Below the pieces are notes generated by a model. It worked only from the letters and a program-made list of their open reading frames with translations. It ran no database searches and was not told the DNA's origin. The position numbers and the translations under genes are program-made. A stretch of DNA of 64,000 nucleotides from Paecilomyces variotii (taxonomy: Eukaryota): NCBI GenBank assembly GCA_004022145.1, contig RCNU01000002.1. The stretch is one strand, 5' to 3'. Shown here in pieces: positions 40,077 through 52,830 of this stretch; position 1 is the first letter of the stretch, and the number at the start of each line of letters is the position of its first letter.

Positions 40077-40710
40077 ATGGGCCGCATAATCATATCCAGA
40101 GGGCTCAAAGCTGTATCGCCCGCTCGCGGGTTCTTCTCTACATCACTTCTACGAATGCAGCCCGTTCTTCTTCCCCAATCCTCACAATTCCGCTGTACCA
40201 TGAGCACGTCCGCGACGCAGCAACCGATCTACGCGCAGGGGGAGGAGGAGAACAGGCTGAATCCAGAACTGAGCAAGCTCTTTGAGTCGGGATGGGAGCT
40301 AGATGAGAATAAGATGGGCCTCAAGAAGACGTATCATTTCAAGACCTATACGAAAGTGCTGGTACGAGGGCATCGCATCCGTCAAACGAGTTTAATTCCC
40401 CTTCTAACTAGGTGCGGTGCTACAGGATTTCGTCCAAATGGTCGGAATAGCGAGTAAATCGAAGAATCATCATTCTCTTATGCAATTGGTAAGATATCCA
40501 TCACAGGAAATAGGACAGTGAAGAGGATTGGGTTTCTGACAGGATTCTATGATGTAGGGACATGGACATGTTTCGGTGCATTGGACGACTCATAATCCTC
40601 GCGGTTTGACGGCTAAAGATATCGACATGGCGCAATATTGTGATAACCAGGGAGGACTCATAAAGACCGTTGATAGAGGAGAAGCCGCAAAGTGCGGCCC
40701 GAAGCCATAA
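40077..40710 (+). CDS. Pterin-4-alpha-carbinolamine dehydratase family protein, probably mitochondrial; introns 40362-40425 and 40489-40557 (alternative start 40008)
   Basis: KTYHFKTY, KNHHS and VHWTTHNPRGLT.KDI.MA..CD motifs; Arg/Ser-rich N-terminal presequence. Confidence 0.88.
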
Positions 40711-40876
40711 ACTGAGGCGTGTAACGGTACTGGACTGGGCACATGAGGACAGTCATTCATTTGTCGAGGAGATGTGCGCGTTATGCGGCAAACTTGTCTC
40801 ATGGATCGGAACGGAGAAGCTGAGAAGTCGAGACGAACAGGTTATCACAAAACGCAGTACACGATATAGCCGCGTT

Positions 40877-41401
40877 TTAGTGCTTCCAGACCATTCCCAG
40901 TCTCTGGAAGTAAGAGAATAACGACCCCTTCGGCACGTATCCTCCATACATACATTGCCACCGCGCAGCAAAGGTCCCCTCGATCGGCCCCAGCTCCGCA
41001 AAACCTAGCGCCTCCAGGCACCACGGTGTCAGAATGACCATGATTCCTAGAGCAATGACTGCGCAGTACACCGGATGCTCGCGAGCAAAGCCCATCGCTT
41101 CGTATGTGGCTTTGTCGAAGGCTTCTTTTACAGCCGTGCCCATGGATGCTCCAGCTTTCAGAACTTTTATCAGGCTGCTCAAAAGGGCTTCTGAGACGCA
41201 ACTGTTCCAGCCTTCAGTGCGGACTATCTCGTCGAGTTCTTTCTTCGTGTAGATATCGACTGACTCGGCGTCGAGGAGGACGGTGAGGACATCGTCTGCA
41301 ATTTTCTGAATCTGAGCCATCTCCTCTCCTAAGTCGCAGTCGTATGCTCCGCCTGATAGGCAGATGAGGAGTGTATCTTTGAGATCTTTGATGATGTCCA
41401 T
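40877..41401 (-). CDS. Hypothetical membrane protein with a C-terminal Gly/Ala motif resembling the IFI6/IFI27 (ISG12) family
   Basis: Hydrophobic helix followed by ALGF...GP..GT.AA.WQ..YGG.VP.GS.FS..Q.LGM; start taken at MDIIKDLK. Confidence 0.7.
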   Translation of the reverse strand: MDIIKDLKDTLLICLSGGAYDCDLGEEMAQIQKIADDVLTVLLDAESVDIYTKKELDEIVRTEGWNSCVSEALLSSLIKVLKAGASMGTAVKEAFDKATYEAMGFAREHPVYCAVIALGIMVILTPWCLEALGFAELGPIEGTFAARWQCMYGGYVPKGSLFSYFQRLGMVWKH

Positions 41402-41827
41402 GGTAACGAATATGAACCAGACGCGTATATTTATTTTCGCAAAGCGGGAAGTATTTGAGCATAAGAGAATGCAAACTGTTCGTAATCTGCACTCCACGGG
41501 ACCTCCCCTCTCCTTATACTTCTGCCCTGGCGGAATTCGCCTCAGAGACCCCAGGCCATGATTACTCTCAGCGGCAATCTCCGTCTGCATAGTGGGATGT
41601 TATGCAAATAACGCAAATACTGTAGCGCAGCGGTAAGAGAGCGAGAGAAAATGATGTTATTTTTGGGTGGACTTTTGCCTATTCTTTTAGCTTTAATTAT
41701 AATGCAGCCGTTCTACACAACGATGGTAACTACACACACATTGCTAGAACTCTCCAAGTTATTTCATAGATCAAATAGCCACTTCACCATTCTCCTTCTT
41801 GCAAGCTCATAATAGATCTTCTTCTTC

Positions 41828-42545
41828 TCATTTCCGCGACGTAGGCCCAGCTTCCCACTGCTCAGCTTCCTGACACCCGCTGAAATAACTCGGCCGATTC
41901 TTCAACCAACATTCGATTTCAGGCTTGTACAATTCAAGACTATATCATGAGATCAATCAATAAATATATAATTCACAACAGCCACTTAAAAATTTTGGGA
42001 ATTCCCTCCCCAGAAGCGACACCTGGATATATCCACTTACCCGTTCTCAATCAACACCGGCCTAATCACAATCGTTCGTCCCTCGTCCGCCAACGGGACA
42101 GTGTACAATGTACACCCGCAGCGCTTACAGAAGTACTTTTCCTTTGGGAATCCGCTCCCTGTCTCGGTGATTGTGTACGTCGTGACGAGAGATTCGGGGT
42201 CGTTGATACTGAACCGGGAGGATTGGTAGCGTGCTGTCTGTGCAGAGGTCAGCGCATTATACTTAAGACATTATATTCGAGTATTGAATGTTGTTTAGAT
42301 ATAAACTCTATAGTGGAAGTAGATAGGATAGAATCAGAACCACTCAAGGCTCAGATCCAACCTTGCCGTAAAATAAAGCTCCGTAGCAAAGGCCTGGAAG
42401 AAACTAAACTCACGATCTGACATGGTCCTCCAGCGCCAAGTGCGCAATCGCTGCAGTAGCAGCAAAACACAATCTTAGGTTCTCCTTCTACGGTGAAAGA
42501 GACGCCTTTGCAGAGGCATGTGCCTGTCCGGGTGGCTGTTGACAT
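41828..42545 (-). CDS. GFA/CENP-V (Mss4-like) zinc-binding protein; introns 42413-42238 and 42040-41940
   Basis: GTCLCKGV, CCYCSDC, YFCKRCGCTLY and KPEIECWLKNRPSY assembled across canonical introns. Confidence 0.88.
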
Positions 42546-44152
42546 GGTAACTTGCACTGTATAATGAGTCAGTCCCAATGTGGAATTCTGTTCAGGAACT
42601 GGCTGTTGTGGTACCAGTTCTTTATATATTTTTGGTCATCCCGGAGAGATATAAGATGAGTTTTGTTCTCTGGCGATGCATGGGTCAAAAGCTCAAGTGT
42701 CCAATTTGACTGACTCACACTCTCACCGGTACTCATTAAAGGCAAGCTTACAACACAACACCACCTTTGCAGAAAATCAAATTTTAAGATAATTCGTCCC
42801 CTATGTATACCTTGGAAAAAGATGCGGATATATTCCCTAAACGAGACAGTATTGCTTGTATCTAGATTGTATATCTATTTTGTTTTCAGTTTCTCGTTTC
42901 TAATTCGGGAAATATGGATAAGTGCCCGGGCCGTGGTCGTAACGATAGCCTCTCAACTGAGAGGCTGGGAGAGAAAGGATGGCTATACCATTTCCCTTCA
43001 TAGTGGTCTGATGCGTTCAGCTGTCTATATTAAGTAAATTCAAAATGGAATGAATGATGATTCATCTTCTTAAAGATTTATATTAGGTCTGTTGGATTAG
43101 TCGCTGTAGATACACGCAACTGGCACCAAAGTTTATTTTTGAATGACAAGTCATCTTAGAATGGGAGTATAATGGAAAATATACCGCCACGATGAGGAGA
43201 TTCTCCCATTGCAGCTCAACGAGAACTAACCTAAGAGATATAAACTATTATTCCCCTAGACCATACCCATGAATAGAAATGAAATATTTCACATCAAGTA
43301 ATCACCCGGCTCTCTCGTAATAACCATCCCAGAGTAACGTACTGTACATACATAACAGGACGATAAACCTGAAATAAGACAGGTCCGTATTAACCAGGAA
43401 GAAACAATATAACACGGCCAGCCCATGACACCTACTACTGCAAGCTTATTCGATGCGAGTCGGCCTGTGAAGAAACATGGAAGCAAGGATGTGATATATT
43501 CCGGGGAGCGTGCATCTGCACTGCAGGTGCATACGTTATCGTTCAGGAACGGGTTGCTTTTTATAGAAAGCATGTGTCTCTACAGGGGCAGCTGAGCTCG
43601 AAGATTGGTCTACGTGTGGTCAATTGGACCGGGGGTTCCTATCGATTCACACCAACATAAGAACCCTTGGTGTTGAGAATGAGCTATATCGCACAAGTTG
43701 TACGGGAATAGGCGTTTAAAGCTGCGGATAGGTAGCTATGATTGGCGAGCACTTATCGTCATATAGCCAACTGGATAGTAAACAGGAGTTTTCAGCTGGT
43801 ATTGAGTCATTTCCGAACTTTGTATGTGATCGTTACATAGCTGGGAACTTGGCAATCTGTATCAGAGCGGCAAGGGAATTTCGTGGCACATCCTGTCCCA
43901 TTCTACTAGCTTGATAGTTTCGTAGCACGACAGTAGGTAGCCAAGGATCCCGGGCCGTATCGATTAGGAATCTTGACTCTTCCATGCCGCGCAATTGCCT
44001 TACATTGGCTTCTGAAACTTTCATGTTACTCCCGCATATCCCAAGGCGGCAAAGCAAAGGACGAGCTCCTCTTAGTCATTAAACGAATCATAACCATTAC
44101 GGGAGCCCCAACATGGTAAGAGGACAAAAAAACAATCTTACTTCCTCCTCAG

Positions 44153-45048
44153 TTACCACTGCCAGCGTGAAGTATCTTTATCCCAGTCACTATCACGTTC
44201 ATCCGTAGAGGGGTCCGGCTTGGCGAGATCGAAATCCGCAATCCAGTTGGCACCGAAGATAATAGGACGTTCGGGATTACCGGCCTTCTCAAAGGGTCCG
44301 ATAAAATAGCTATATAGAGTAAATTAGTCAGTTCATCACCTTGTCGTTGGGATAATATAGCAATAACGTACAGTGTTTGCGTCTCCTGGTGCCAAACTAG
44401 GCTACTTGCCCCGCACACACGGGGGAACCATCCGTTCTCATGCAGCTTACTACATAGTCGACAATGATTATATCCAGTATCGAAAACAGAAGAAACGTTA
44501 ACTTACGGTAGAGCCTCAAGAAAAGCTAAGCGAACCTGCTCCCTTTCGTGGACTTCGAGAGCCCAAAATGGGTCAGCGCCATTGCCGTCTCCGAGGCGCA
44601 GCCCTGGGACGATCTCCCACACAAGCCAGATAATGAACCCACCCGGAACTAGCCCCGAGCGATCCTGTTTATCAGTCTTGTATCCGAGAAGCTTTGGTGT
44701 GTGACTCGAGCCCTTTTCAGTGAGGTCCCGGTAGGCGATCAATTCTGGGGGGTTGTATGTTGTGGCTTGTCGGCTTCTGGTATCCGCATCATCCATTTCA
44801 GTCTTCCGATGGGCAACTTGAATGTAAATGCGCATGAAAGCTTTCTTAGTCCGGGCTTTGGGATCGCAGCATAGGTATTTGGCCGAGGCGAAAGAACGGA
44901 AGCCATACTCATGGTTTTCCTCCTCGTTAACCTGATAGTCATGCTCGTTCAACTGCTCAAGGATCTTCCACCGGGAAGGGACGGGTTGGTCAAGGGTAAT
45001 GATAGTTCCAGGGTTAGGGTCCTTACGAAACCAGTATGAGGACGACAT
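44153..45048 (-). CDS. Fungal protein kinase-like (probable pseudokinase); introns 44506-44450 and 44371-44310
   Basis: AFMRIYIQV, ELIAYRDL, TPKLLGY, VPGGFIIWLVWEIVPGLRL, KLHENGW, SSLVW and YFIGPF follow the kinase-fold order, but the HxD and DFG residues are missing. Confidence 0.75.
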
Positions 45049-46986
45049 TGGAGTTGCTTTGGATGCTTTGGAGATGGGTTTCTTGATGCTCACTGAAGCT
45101 CATGTGGGGACTGGCAGCTATAGCGCCTTGCGCTAGCCGTATTGGGAGGATAACTGAATTATTGCCTAGAATTCCTGGCCGACATTATTATTATCTATTA
45201 TTATATTCAAGATGGACCTTGACAGGTCAAGACCCATGGTGCTCATCGCCCTCAGGCGCCACTTCTCAAGAGAACGCATGGTGCCCGGAAAGGTCTCTCG
45301 GCAGATGTTCCTCATTTGTCACCTGATGGAAACTAGAGAAACCATTCAGCGCTTCCTGGAGGGATCTTGTACTGCACGTTCGAATGAACTGTGTCGCCAT
45401 GATAACTTCCAAAAATAACCCCTCGCATGAAACCCCATGGAAGCAGTCGGGTTGGATTATTATTAGGAGGTCACACACCCGCCGGCCCCTCCCTTAAATT
45501 TAAAAGCCCATCTAGCTTCGGGGAACACTCTGTCGGGATGACGGTTGGGCGTGAGCTTTGATCCCGCTCCCAGATCTGCGCCAAACACCAGTCCAGCACA
45601 TCTGAGGCCAATCATTCAGCGCGACAAGGCGATCCGGTGCGCGGCCGCGCAGATGGAGAACGCCGCCAATACAGGCTGGGAAAGGCGCCGGCGCTTAACG
45701 ATAGACCAAACAACGCGCCTTTGCGGGATGATTGGAGGGAGAGGATGGAGCTTGGTGGCATCGTGTTTTTGCATTCAGCAGGCGTGATTCGACAGCAGCA
45801 ACGGGAAGACAGGCGCTTCGAGGATGCAGAGTGGTGAAATCCTGCGTGATGCATTTTAGGTGCGTGAGAGAGAGAGAGGGAGGAGGAAGTGGGAGGAACA
45901 CGAGAGACTGTCGGGGTGTTGGTGACTGCCCTGTTACAGTACAATACGTATTTCAGTACCGGTACCGAATAACATACTCGAAGTACTAGGTGATGGACGG
46001 ACGACCAACATAGACCACAACGTCAAGCCAGTCAAATAAGCGTGCATGCGCACAGAGCCCTTAGAGATCATGTCCAGTCAGGGGAAACATACTATATTTC
46101 TATTTTCAATAAGCTCCGGTCGATAGCGCTACCAGAAATCTCACATATCCCTCGTACTCAGCATACCGATGTAACGGTACGGAACCATCCCGAGATACAG
46201 CTCGGTAACAATGACCCCGGCCTTTCGATTCTTCACAACGCGACGATCGCATGAGATAAAGTGAGAAGCATACAGGGACCGTTACTCCAATGAGGGCTCT
46301 TTCCATCCCTGCTCATTCTCTGGCCCGCTCCAGGCATCACGGAGGCTGGCGGGTTGGACCGCTGTCACCGAAGACAGTGCTATTGTTGAACAAGGTTTTC
46401 TATGGCTGTATACCATATACAGTATGGAATAGTAACTTTAGGGTCTATTGAAATCATTATTTGTATTGATATTGGCGCCGAATCCACCGGCAGTGGCTCG
46501 AATCCGAAGGACTCCTAGCGTTCTCTGGAGCTCAATCAGCACTAGATACACGATATCGCGTATTGCGGCCAGATGCGATTGCCCACCTTTTTGCCAATAA
46601 CTGCCTCCCGTAATTGCTCTTCTTATGAGCAACAGTCCCTGTGCAATGGCATCGAGTATAACCCAGTCACAGTAGGGTCCCTAGAGAGACAAACATAATA
46701 ACAAAGGAAAGTATATAAGTCCTGTAGAAAGCAGAGGCTGCAAGAAGAAAAAAAAAAGTTAAGGATAGGCCCCATGTCTAATACCCAAAGCCCACAAGGA
46801 CAAAATTATCAAGACATGAAAAACAAACGCACTTCATAAACGCCTTTTTGCTCCGTACGTATTCGTGGTATCGTAAAGCGGCTGGGGAGCTCAGAAACCA
46901 TAACGATTCATGGTAAGGCTGTTTCTCCGAATATTCAAGAAACAAACGCGGACGCCATAGTAAGAGCACCGCATAATCTGAGCCGT

Positions 46987-47607
46987 TCACGAGTCGTCCG
47001 TCTTTCGCCTCTTCCCCTTAGGAGGAGGTTCAAGTGGCGTCCGCTTAAGGGTCATAGTCCGAGTGACCACCTGTCGGACACTGACAGGCTTCCCGCCTGC
47101 ACTTGTCGGGGTTTCAAAATATCGAAGCTTCCACTCCGATGGTGAAAATGGTGATCTGAGTGAAGTCGTACTCCTTGGAGTCTCTGTCACTGGAGAGCAG
47201 GCTGCCGATCCCGGAATCCGCAGACGCCGCAGTGTTTCTCTCTTACTTGCTGGCTGTGCCTGCGGGAATGGGCAAGGTGGCGGCAACGAAGATGCTGATT
47301 TAATCGTCTCTTTTGCCGGGAACGAGGTACTTGTTGCACTGGAAGGCTGCGATGTTGACGAGGTGACAGACTTTTCCGGTACAAGCTTTGAGAAACTGAC
47401 TGAAGGGCTCCGCGGACTGGTAAACACGGGAGTAAGTGCCTTCAGGAACTCCGTGTACGCAAGCGGAGGAGTGATCGGGGTCGAATTACACTCCTCTCCT
47501 TTGACTTTTGCTGAGGGCTCTGAGCTAGAGCTACTGTGAATCTCAGACGGAAAGGTTGCGCTCTTCGGCGTCTTGAGAGGATGGAGAACGGGTTTAGTCT
47601 GCCCCAT
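46987..47607 (-). CDS. Ser/Pro-rich hypothetical protein
   Basis: Single ORF with PITPPLAYTEFLKALTP and SVRQVVTRT...KRTPLEPPPKGKRRK (NLS-like). Confidence 0.75.
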   Translation of the reverse strand: MGQTKPVLHPLKTPKSATFPSEIHSSSSSEPSAKVKGEECNSTPITPPLAYTEFLKALTPVFTSPRSPSVSFSKLVPEKSVTSSTSQPSSATSTSFPAKETIKSASSLPPPCPFPQAQPASKRETLRRLRIPGSAACSPVTETPRSTTSLRSPFSPSEWKLRYFETPTSAGGKPVSVRQVVTRTMTLKRTPLEPPPKGKRRKTDDS

Positions 47608-49773
47608 GGTGTCTCTGGACGGCGGTACGGCAGAGAGCTTCACAGGTAATTGCTCTCAAGTTCAGGATCCGGAGAACAAGCGAGAGGTGCTCTTCTAGAT
47701 CAAAATCCCGATCAGATAGTTGAGGCAGGCCCGGTGGGCTGGCTAAAGACTCCCGATGGCGAAGACAGCAGGAAGCCGGGTGAAGTGAGGGAGGAGATCG
47801 GCTTTAAAGCAGAGCTAGAGCGACCAAAGCCTTGGAGCAAGCTTCGTGCTCTACTGTCACAGGGTGTCCTTGAGCCTGTCTAGTGGCGAATAACTAGCCA
47901 GTAGTGGGGGAACAATGGACGTTGTAAAAAGAAGAATCAATCCAGTGACAAGTCGACAGTCTCGTATGGAAACCCCCGTAATTATACGGGTTATGGTGTT
48001 CCGGACGGTAAAGTTACCGATCTGTGTATGCTCCTTGTCAGCCTCGGAGTCGCCGTTTGATAAAGAAGCGCCCGCCCCAAATGGCGTCGCATTGCGGCGC
48101 AGGCAGTCGATTACTCACCGCAGATTAAACAATGAAAGTGGCAGTTTGCCGCGTTGGTTATCTCCTTTGTCGTTTTGTTCCGACCGTGTTGGGCGGCAGC
48201 AGTGATTTGGGACGACTGGCGTGGCTTAGACTATTGGAAAAGAAGAATCCTAGAAGTTGAGACCAGACCTCTGAACCAGCAGATGGTAAGAAGGATAGAG
48301 AATATCCGATAAATGATGAGGGTTACGAGATCTCAGAGAATTAGAATCACCTGGTCTTACCATCATGTTTATAGCTCCTCGCAGCTCGACCGTATTCCTT
48401 AACGTATACTCCCCTAAATGAATGTTGATTTATCGCGCGCTATCTGTAGCAAGCCTCCTCGAGCGTACTTTACGAATCGCCTCTTGAAGCTTCCCAAGAC
48501 GAATATGATCTCGATCCTCTAACCCCAGATCGATTACCTTGCAGCTTCTTCCAGGCTTCTGGTTCGCTGCGCACGCGCTGTTTGCTCAACCCGGCGGCTC
48601 GCCCACTGACCTTAGACCCCATATCGGGGCAAAAGGGTCGAACTTGTGGCCCTTGTCTCCCAAGTAACCGGAGTCGCAGATTATAGCTTCAAGTGCCAAC
48701 ACCTACTGAGCGCCGAGGAAATACGGTGCAATCCGGCGAGGTTGTAAGCGGCTGTGACCAGAACCAACAGTGCCGGGACTGTCGATAAGATACAAAACTG
48801 TGGGTATAGTTTCGATCATTCACTTAGGAATCCCAAATCTCTCCATAGTTATCCCTTGTATCTCTATAGTTGACGGCGTGTTGAAACATTTTGCGTTGTG
48901 CAGAAGCTCCCACTTTTCGACACCGTCTGATCTATGAAGAGATTCATCCGTACGATTGGTTTTTGCTCAACTGCATGAGCGTTTACTTGTTTCCTGTTTG
49001 GTTCTCAAGATCTCACATTGGGTCCTTCAGCTCATCTGCCTAGCCGCCTGTTTCAAGCGAATTCGTCCAGTAAATTCCCACCTCTACGCGCCCGAGCATA
49101 GATGCTCGTGCGTCCAATCAAGAACAGATTAACTTGTTGACGATTTCAATCTGGCACTTTCCTGCAGGGTCTATCCGATGAAACAATAGATCTCTTTCGG
49201 ATGTCGCAGATCTGCCTTGTGAAGAAAGGTCAGATAGAGAGATGGTGATTGAACGCAGGACGGCGTGGAAGGACTCCGCCATTAACTGCCTCTGTAGGGA
49301 GGCTCCAAGGTTGCCTTGAAACCGTGAAATCTACTTAAGGAAGGAGGTTCAGAAGGAACAACTTTCGAAAAGTAGGCGAGCAAAGGGCACGAAATGTAAA
49401 ATGAAGTACTGGACGGGATCCGACTGAAGTGTTCTCCAAAAAGCGGTAGGCGTAGTACTCTAGAGAGACGTCCGTATACTACGACGGGTAATCTCGATGA
49501 TATATTATAGGATGAGCTACTAGAAATAGAGTGGGTAGTGAATTGAGTAATGTTCTCAATTGTTTAAACGAATGTATCAGACATTATGTAGTAATAATAA
49601 GGCTCATCGTTATTCAACCTGTTCCAGCTAACAATACAAAAAGGGGAACGTGTGGTGAATCGAAAAGAACGTTATGCCAGACCGGACCCAGACACGATGA
49701 CAACCTGGTAGTAATTGATTACGCCGATTAAGTGAAATTAAACACGGCTGGCATAAGATCACCAGCTTTGTGT

Positions 49774-50580
49774 TCACAGAGCGACAGCAATGGCGCCGAA
49801 GACACCAGCAACAAGAGACAGCGCAATTCCAGCACCAGAGAAAACGGAGCCAGCGCCACCAGTGAAAGGAGTGACAGTGCTTCCAGGAGCAGAAGGCTTG
49901 GGAGGAATGGGGTGCACACCAGTGCCGACAGGAGCAACACCAGCAGGGACCGTAGGAGCCGGGCTGGAAGGAACCAGAGGAGCAGGCTGGTTAGGAACCA
50001 CGGAGATGATAGAGCTCTCAGGCGCAGCCGGAGCCGGAGGAGCGGGAGCAGTCCAAGCAGGGGGAGCGGGAACAGTCTCTGCGGGAGGAGCAGGAGCAGT
50101 CCATGCCGGGGGAGCGGGAGCAGTCTCGATAGGCACAGTGCAGGTCTCAGTGATCGGAGTAGGACCGCAAGTGTGGCAGCTCTTCACGGTAGAAGTGAAG
50201 CCAGAAGGCATGTGGTGAAGAGGACGAGGGGCCGTGCAAGGGCAGGCCTCAGTGATTGTGTAGGTCTTCGAGATAACACCGGTAGGGCAGAGGTCCTTGA
50301 AGACAGTGGTGTACACAGTCTGCTCAGGAGGAGCGGGAGCAGGAGTCCAGACCGGAGGACTAGGAGTAGGAGTCCAGGCTGGAGGAGTAGGACGGTGGTG
50401 CTCGCACTCGTCGCAGTAAGTCTGAGTCTCCGTGCGAGTCACGACGGAGGCAGAGACGGGAGTGCTGCACGAAGCCACCTGCTCGAAGGAAATGGCGATG
50501 GCAGGGTTTCCGTTGTTGACCTGCGCCTTGACGGCAGCGGCCATGAGGCCCAGAGAGATGGCACTGTAGACAGACTTCAT
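49774..50580 (-). CDS. Secreted, probably GPI-anchored Pro/Thr-rich cell-wall protein
   Basis: N-terminal signal peptide, Cys-spaced core (YCDEC, LCPTG, ACPC, SCHTCG), PP(A/V)WT repeats, and FTGGA omega region followed by a hydrophobic tail. Confidence 0.88.
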   Translation of the reverse strand: MKSVYSAISLGLMAAAVKAQVNNGNPAIAISFEQVASCSTPVSASVVTRTETQTYCDECEHHRPTPPAWTPTPSPPVWTPAPAPPEQTVYTTVFKDLCPTGVISKTYTITEACPCTAPRPLHHMPSGFTSTVKSCHTCGPTPITETCTVPIETAPAPPAWTAPAPPAETVPAPPAWTAPAPPAPAAPESSIISVVPNQPAPLVPSSPAPTVPAGVAPVGTGVHPIPPKPSAPGSTVTPFTGGAGSVFSGAGIALSLVAGVFGAIAVAL

Positions 50581-52287
50581 TTTGCTGGATTGTTGGGTGT
50601 CGGCTGACGGTTAGTATCGTTCTGGGACCGCGGCGAGAAGAATTAAAGAGGTCAAAAGAGTGACTTTAAGAGGAACCAAAAAAGGTAAAATGAATGAAAG
50701 ACTGCTGGATTGTCGACTGCTGGTTGATGAGAATAAGCAAGACTTCGGGGAGTCATCGAGCTGCTTTATCTCTTTCCTGTAAGCCCGTGCGGTGTTGTTG
50801 TCACGTCGTTGGAATGCTTGGGTGTATACAGAATCACAACACATACTTCCCCAAATGGAAGGACTAGCTTGGAGAGAATGCCATCAAGAATGGACTAGCC
50901 GACTGCTCTTGGAGCATTCAGAACGGGTGTTCCTGAGCGCATTCTACCGCAAGTCTTGCCGAATGGTCAGACAGCCTCTTTGGCCACATTCTTCGTCTTC
51001 ACGAAGCAGGATCACAATGGCGGCTGGTATGGACAGTACAACATGCTCGCACGAGGAATCTTATTCATAGCTCAGTCATGGCCCCTTTGCGACAGGAGTA
51101 TGTGACGTAAAGCAACCACTGCTTACGATTGAACCGTCCAGGCCTGGGCTCAGGTACCGAGCAATACCCCAAATCTGCTCTTTGAGATATTATGTATGGG
51201 GTAAGAGATGTGAACCCCTTGCGGAGAATGACCACCGAGTGGCCGTGGAGGTCCCTACGACATTATTGACACAGCTTTTTCTCGTACAAATTCGTAACCA
51301 ATGATATTTGAAATCTATCCAGACAGAGTTATTCTGGGAAGCAAGCTATGTAAATCGAGCCTTACCGGCTACATTATACCGGTGTGACCAGGATATGTAT
51401 CCCGTCATCGACATTCCCTCCTCATCGCCCTCACTGAAGAGGACCCAACGAAGAGGAAACTTCCTATCGGGGAATACGTTCATCTCCAGAACCATACGAT
51501 CTGAAAAGATCATGGCAACACATCGTCGTAGAGTTATGAGCTGAACGATGGTCGTGGCAGGTTCTGTTGGTTTTTTGATCTGGAGAAGAAAAGAAAAAAA
51601 TCCCAAATCGAGTTCTGCGGTTGGAGTTTTTATGGCCGGCTCTGAGTGGGTCACGTGTAGCGCGACGGGATTATGTTCTTCCGCCGGCATCTCCGGATCA
51701 ACTACTATTATTATTGTTGTAGAGAGAAAAAGGATACGGCTGCATTATTATTTATTTTACTCCTGGACTGTCACGTAAACATGATGCTTATTATTGTATG
51801 TTCATCGCTATTAACGCGAGAGACGGTGTTGTTCTATACTATGCTACACTGGTTATCGGATAGGTAACCACGATCAAGACTCGGACCAGGAGTCGACTCT
51901 CGTCGCCGGCCATGCCCATATACCCCAAGGTTACTGCTGCTGGAGACAGCTCACTCATTTTCAATTCTTCAGAATCGTCTGGCTCTGATGAGCATTCCAG
52001 TGTTGAGCTGTGATTTTGATAATGGCAGATTCGCGCTCACAGATCACAAACGCAGTGGGTATCACAAAGTGCGAGCTCTTGTCGCTGACGGACGCATCTC
52101 GCTCCGGGATGGAGTGCCTTCTCATGTCTGGTCTCCGGGCACGCAGATGTGCTAGTCACCGGGAGGAGCTGATCGTCAAGAGGATATAAATATAATCGAA
52201 GAATAACTAACCCCGTTGTTAGGTGCTGACCATAAGAGGGAATTCTAGGATATCCGTTCACTCACCTGTACGAAGCATCGTTTATGT

Positions 52288-52830
52288 TCATGTGTGGCTA
52301 CCAATTGCAGCCTGTCTGTGGTTTGACCTCCACACGCCTCCGCCAACAGCTGCGGTTATGCCAACTGCAATACCAATCATGCCCCCCACGATCAGCAATG
52401 CTAGGAACACCTTGACAGCCAATCTCTGCTCCTTAGTCATGGCGTCAAACCAACCGCAATGTCTCTTGTCTTCTTTAGCCCATATCTTGGACGCTCGGTT
52501 GAGATCCACGGACTGTTTATAAGCAGAACGCCCACCGCTCTCAAGGTCCTGCGAGGAATATTCACGGCTGATGATCTTCACATCAGCCTTGAGGTGCTCT
52601 TCTGAAGGCTTCGTGTCCGCATGGCTGTAGAAGGGAGAGTACGGTTTTGCTCCGACCCTCGGGTCGAAATCGGGCATCTCATCGGCTGATTCAGAGTTGG
52701 GGCTGTGTGTATTGGCGGGAGGTAATGTCTGCGCGACTGGAGGAATGGCGATTGTGTCCTCGCCATTGTTGGTCTCGTTTGTACTCCGGATAACGCGCGC
52801 ACCGACGACTGGTTTCTCTGAATGAGACAT
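52288..52830 (-). CDS. Hypothetical single-pass membrane protein
   Basis: 180-aa ORF with GAKPYSPFYSH and one C-terminal TM helix followed by VGGGVW. Confidence 0.75.
   Translation of the reverse strand: MSHSEKPVVGARVIRSTNETNNGEDTIAIPPVAQTLPPANTHSPNSESADEMPDFDPRVGAKPYSPFYSHADTKPSEEHLKADVKIISREYSSQDLESGGRSAYKQSVDLNRASKIWAKEDKRHCGWFDAMTKEQRLAVKVFLALLIVGGMIGIAVGITAAVGGGVWRSNHRQAAIGSHT

Noticed and set aside
45200-46000. Short ORFs and a GA-rich tract upstream of the kinase-like gene
   Set aside because: No motifs or consistent splice model; more likely promoter or UTR.
49732-50607. 291-aa Arg/Ser-rich ORF on the + strand
   Set aside because: It is the antisense shadow of the GC-rich GPI protein gene, which has the signal peptide and anchor.
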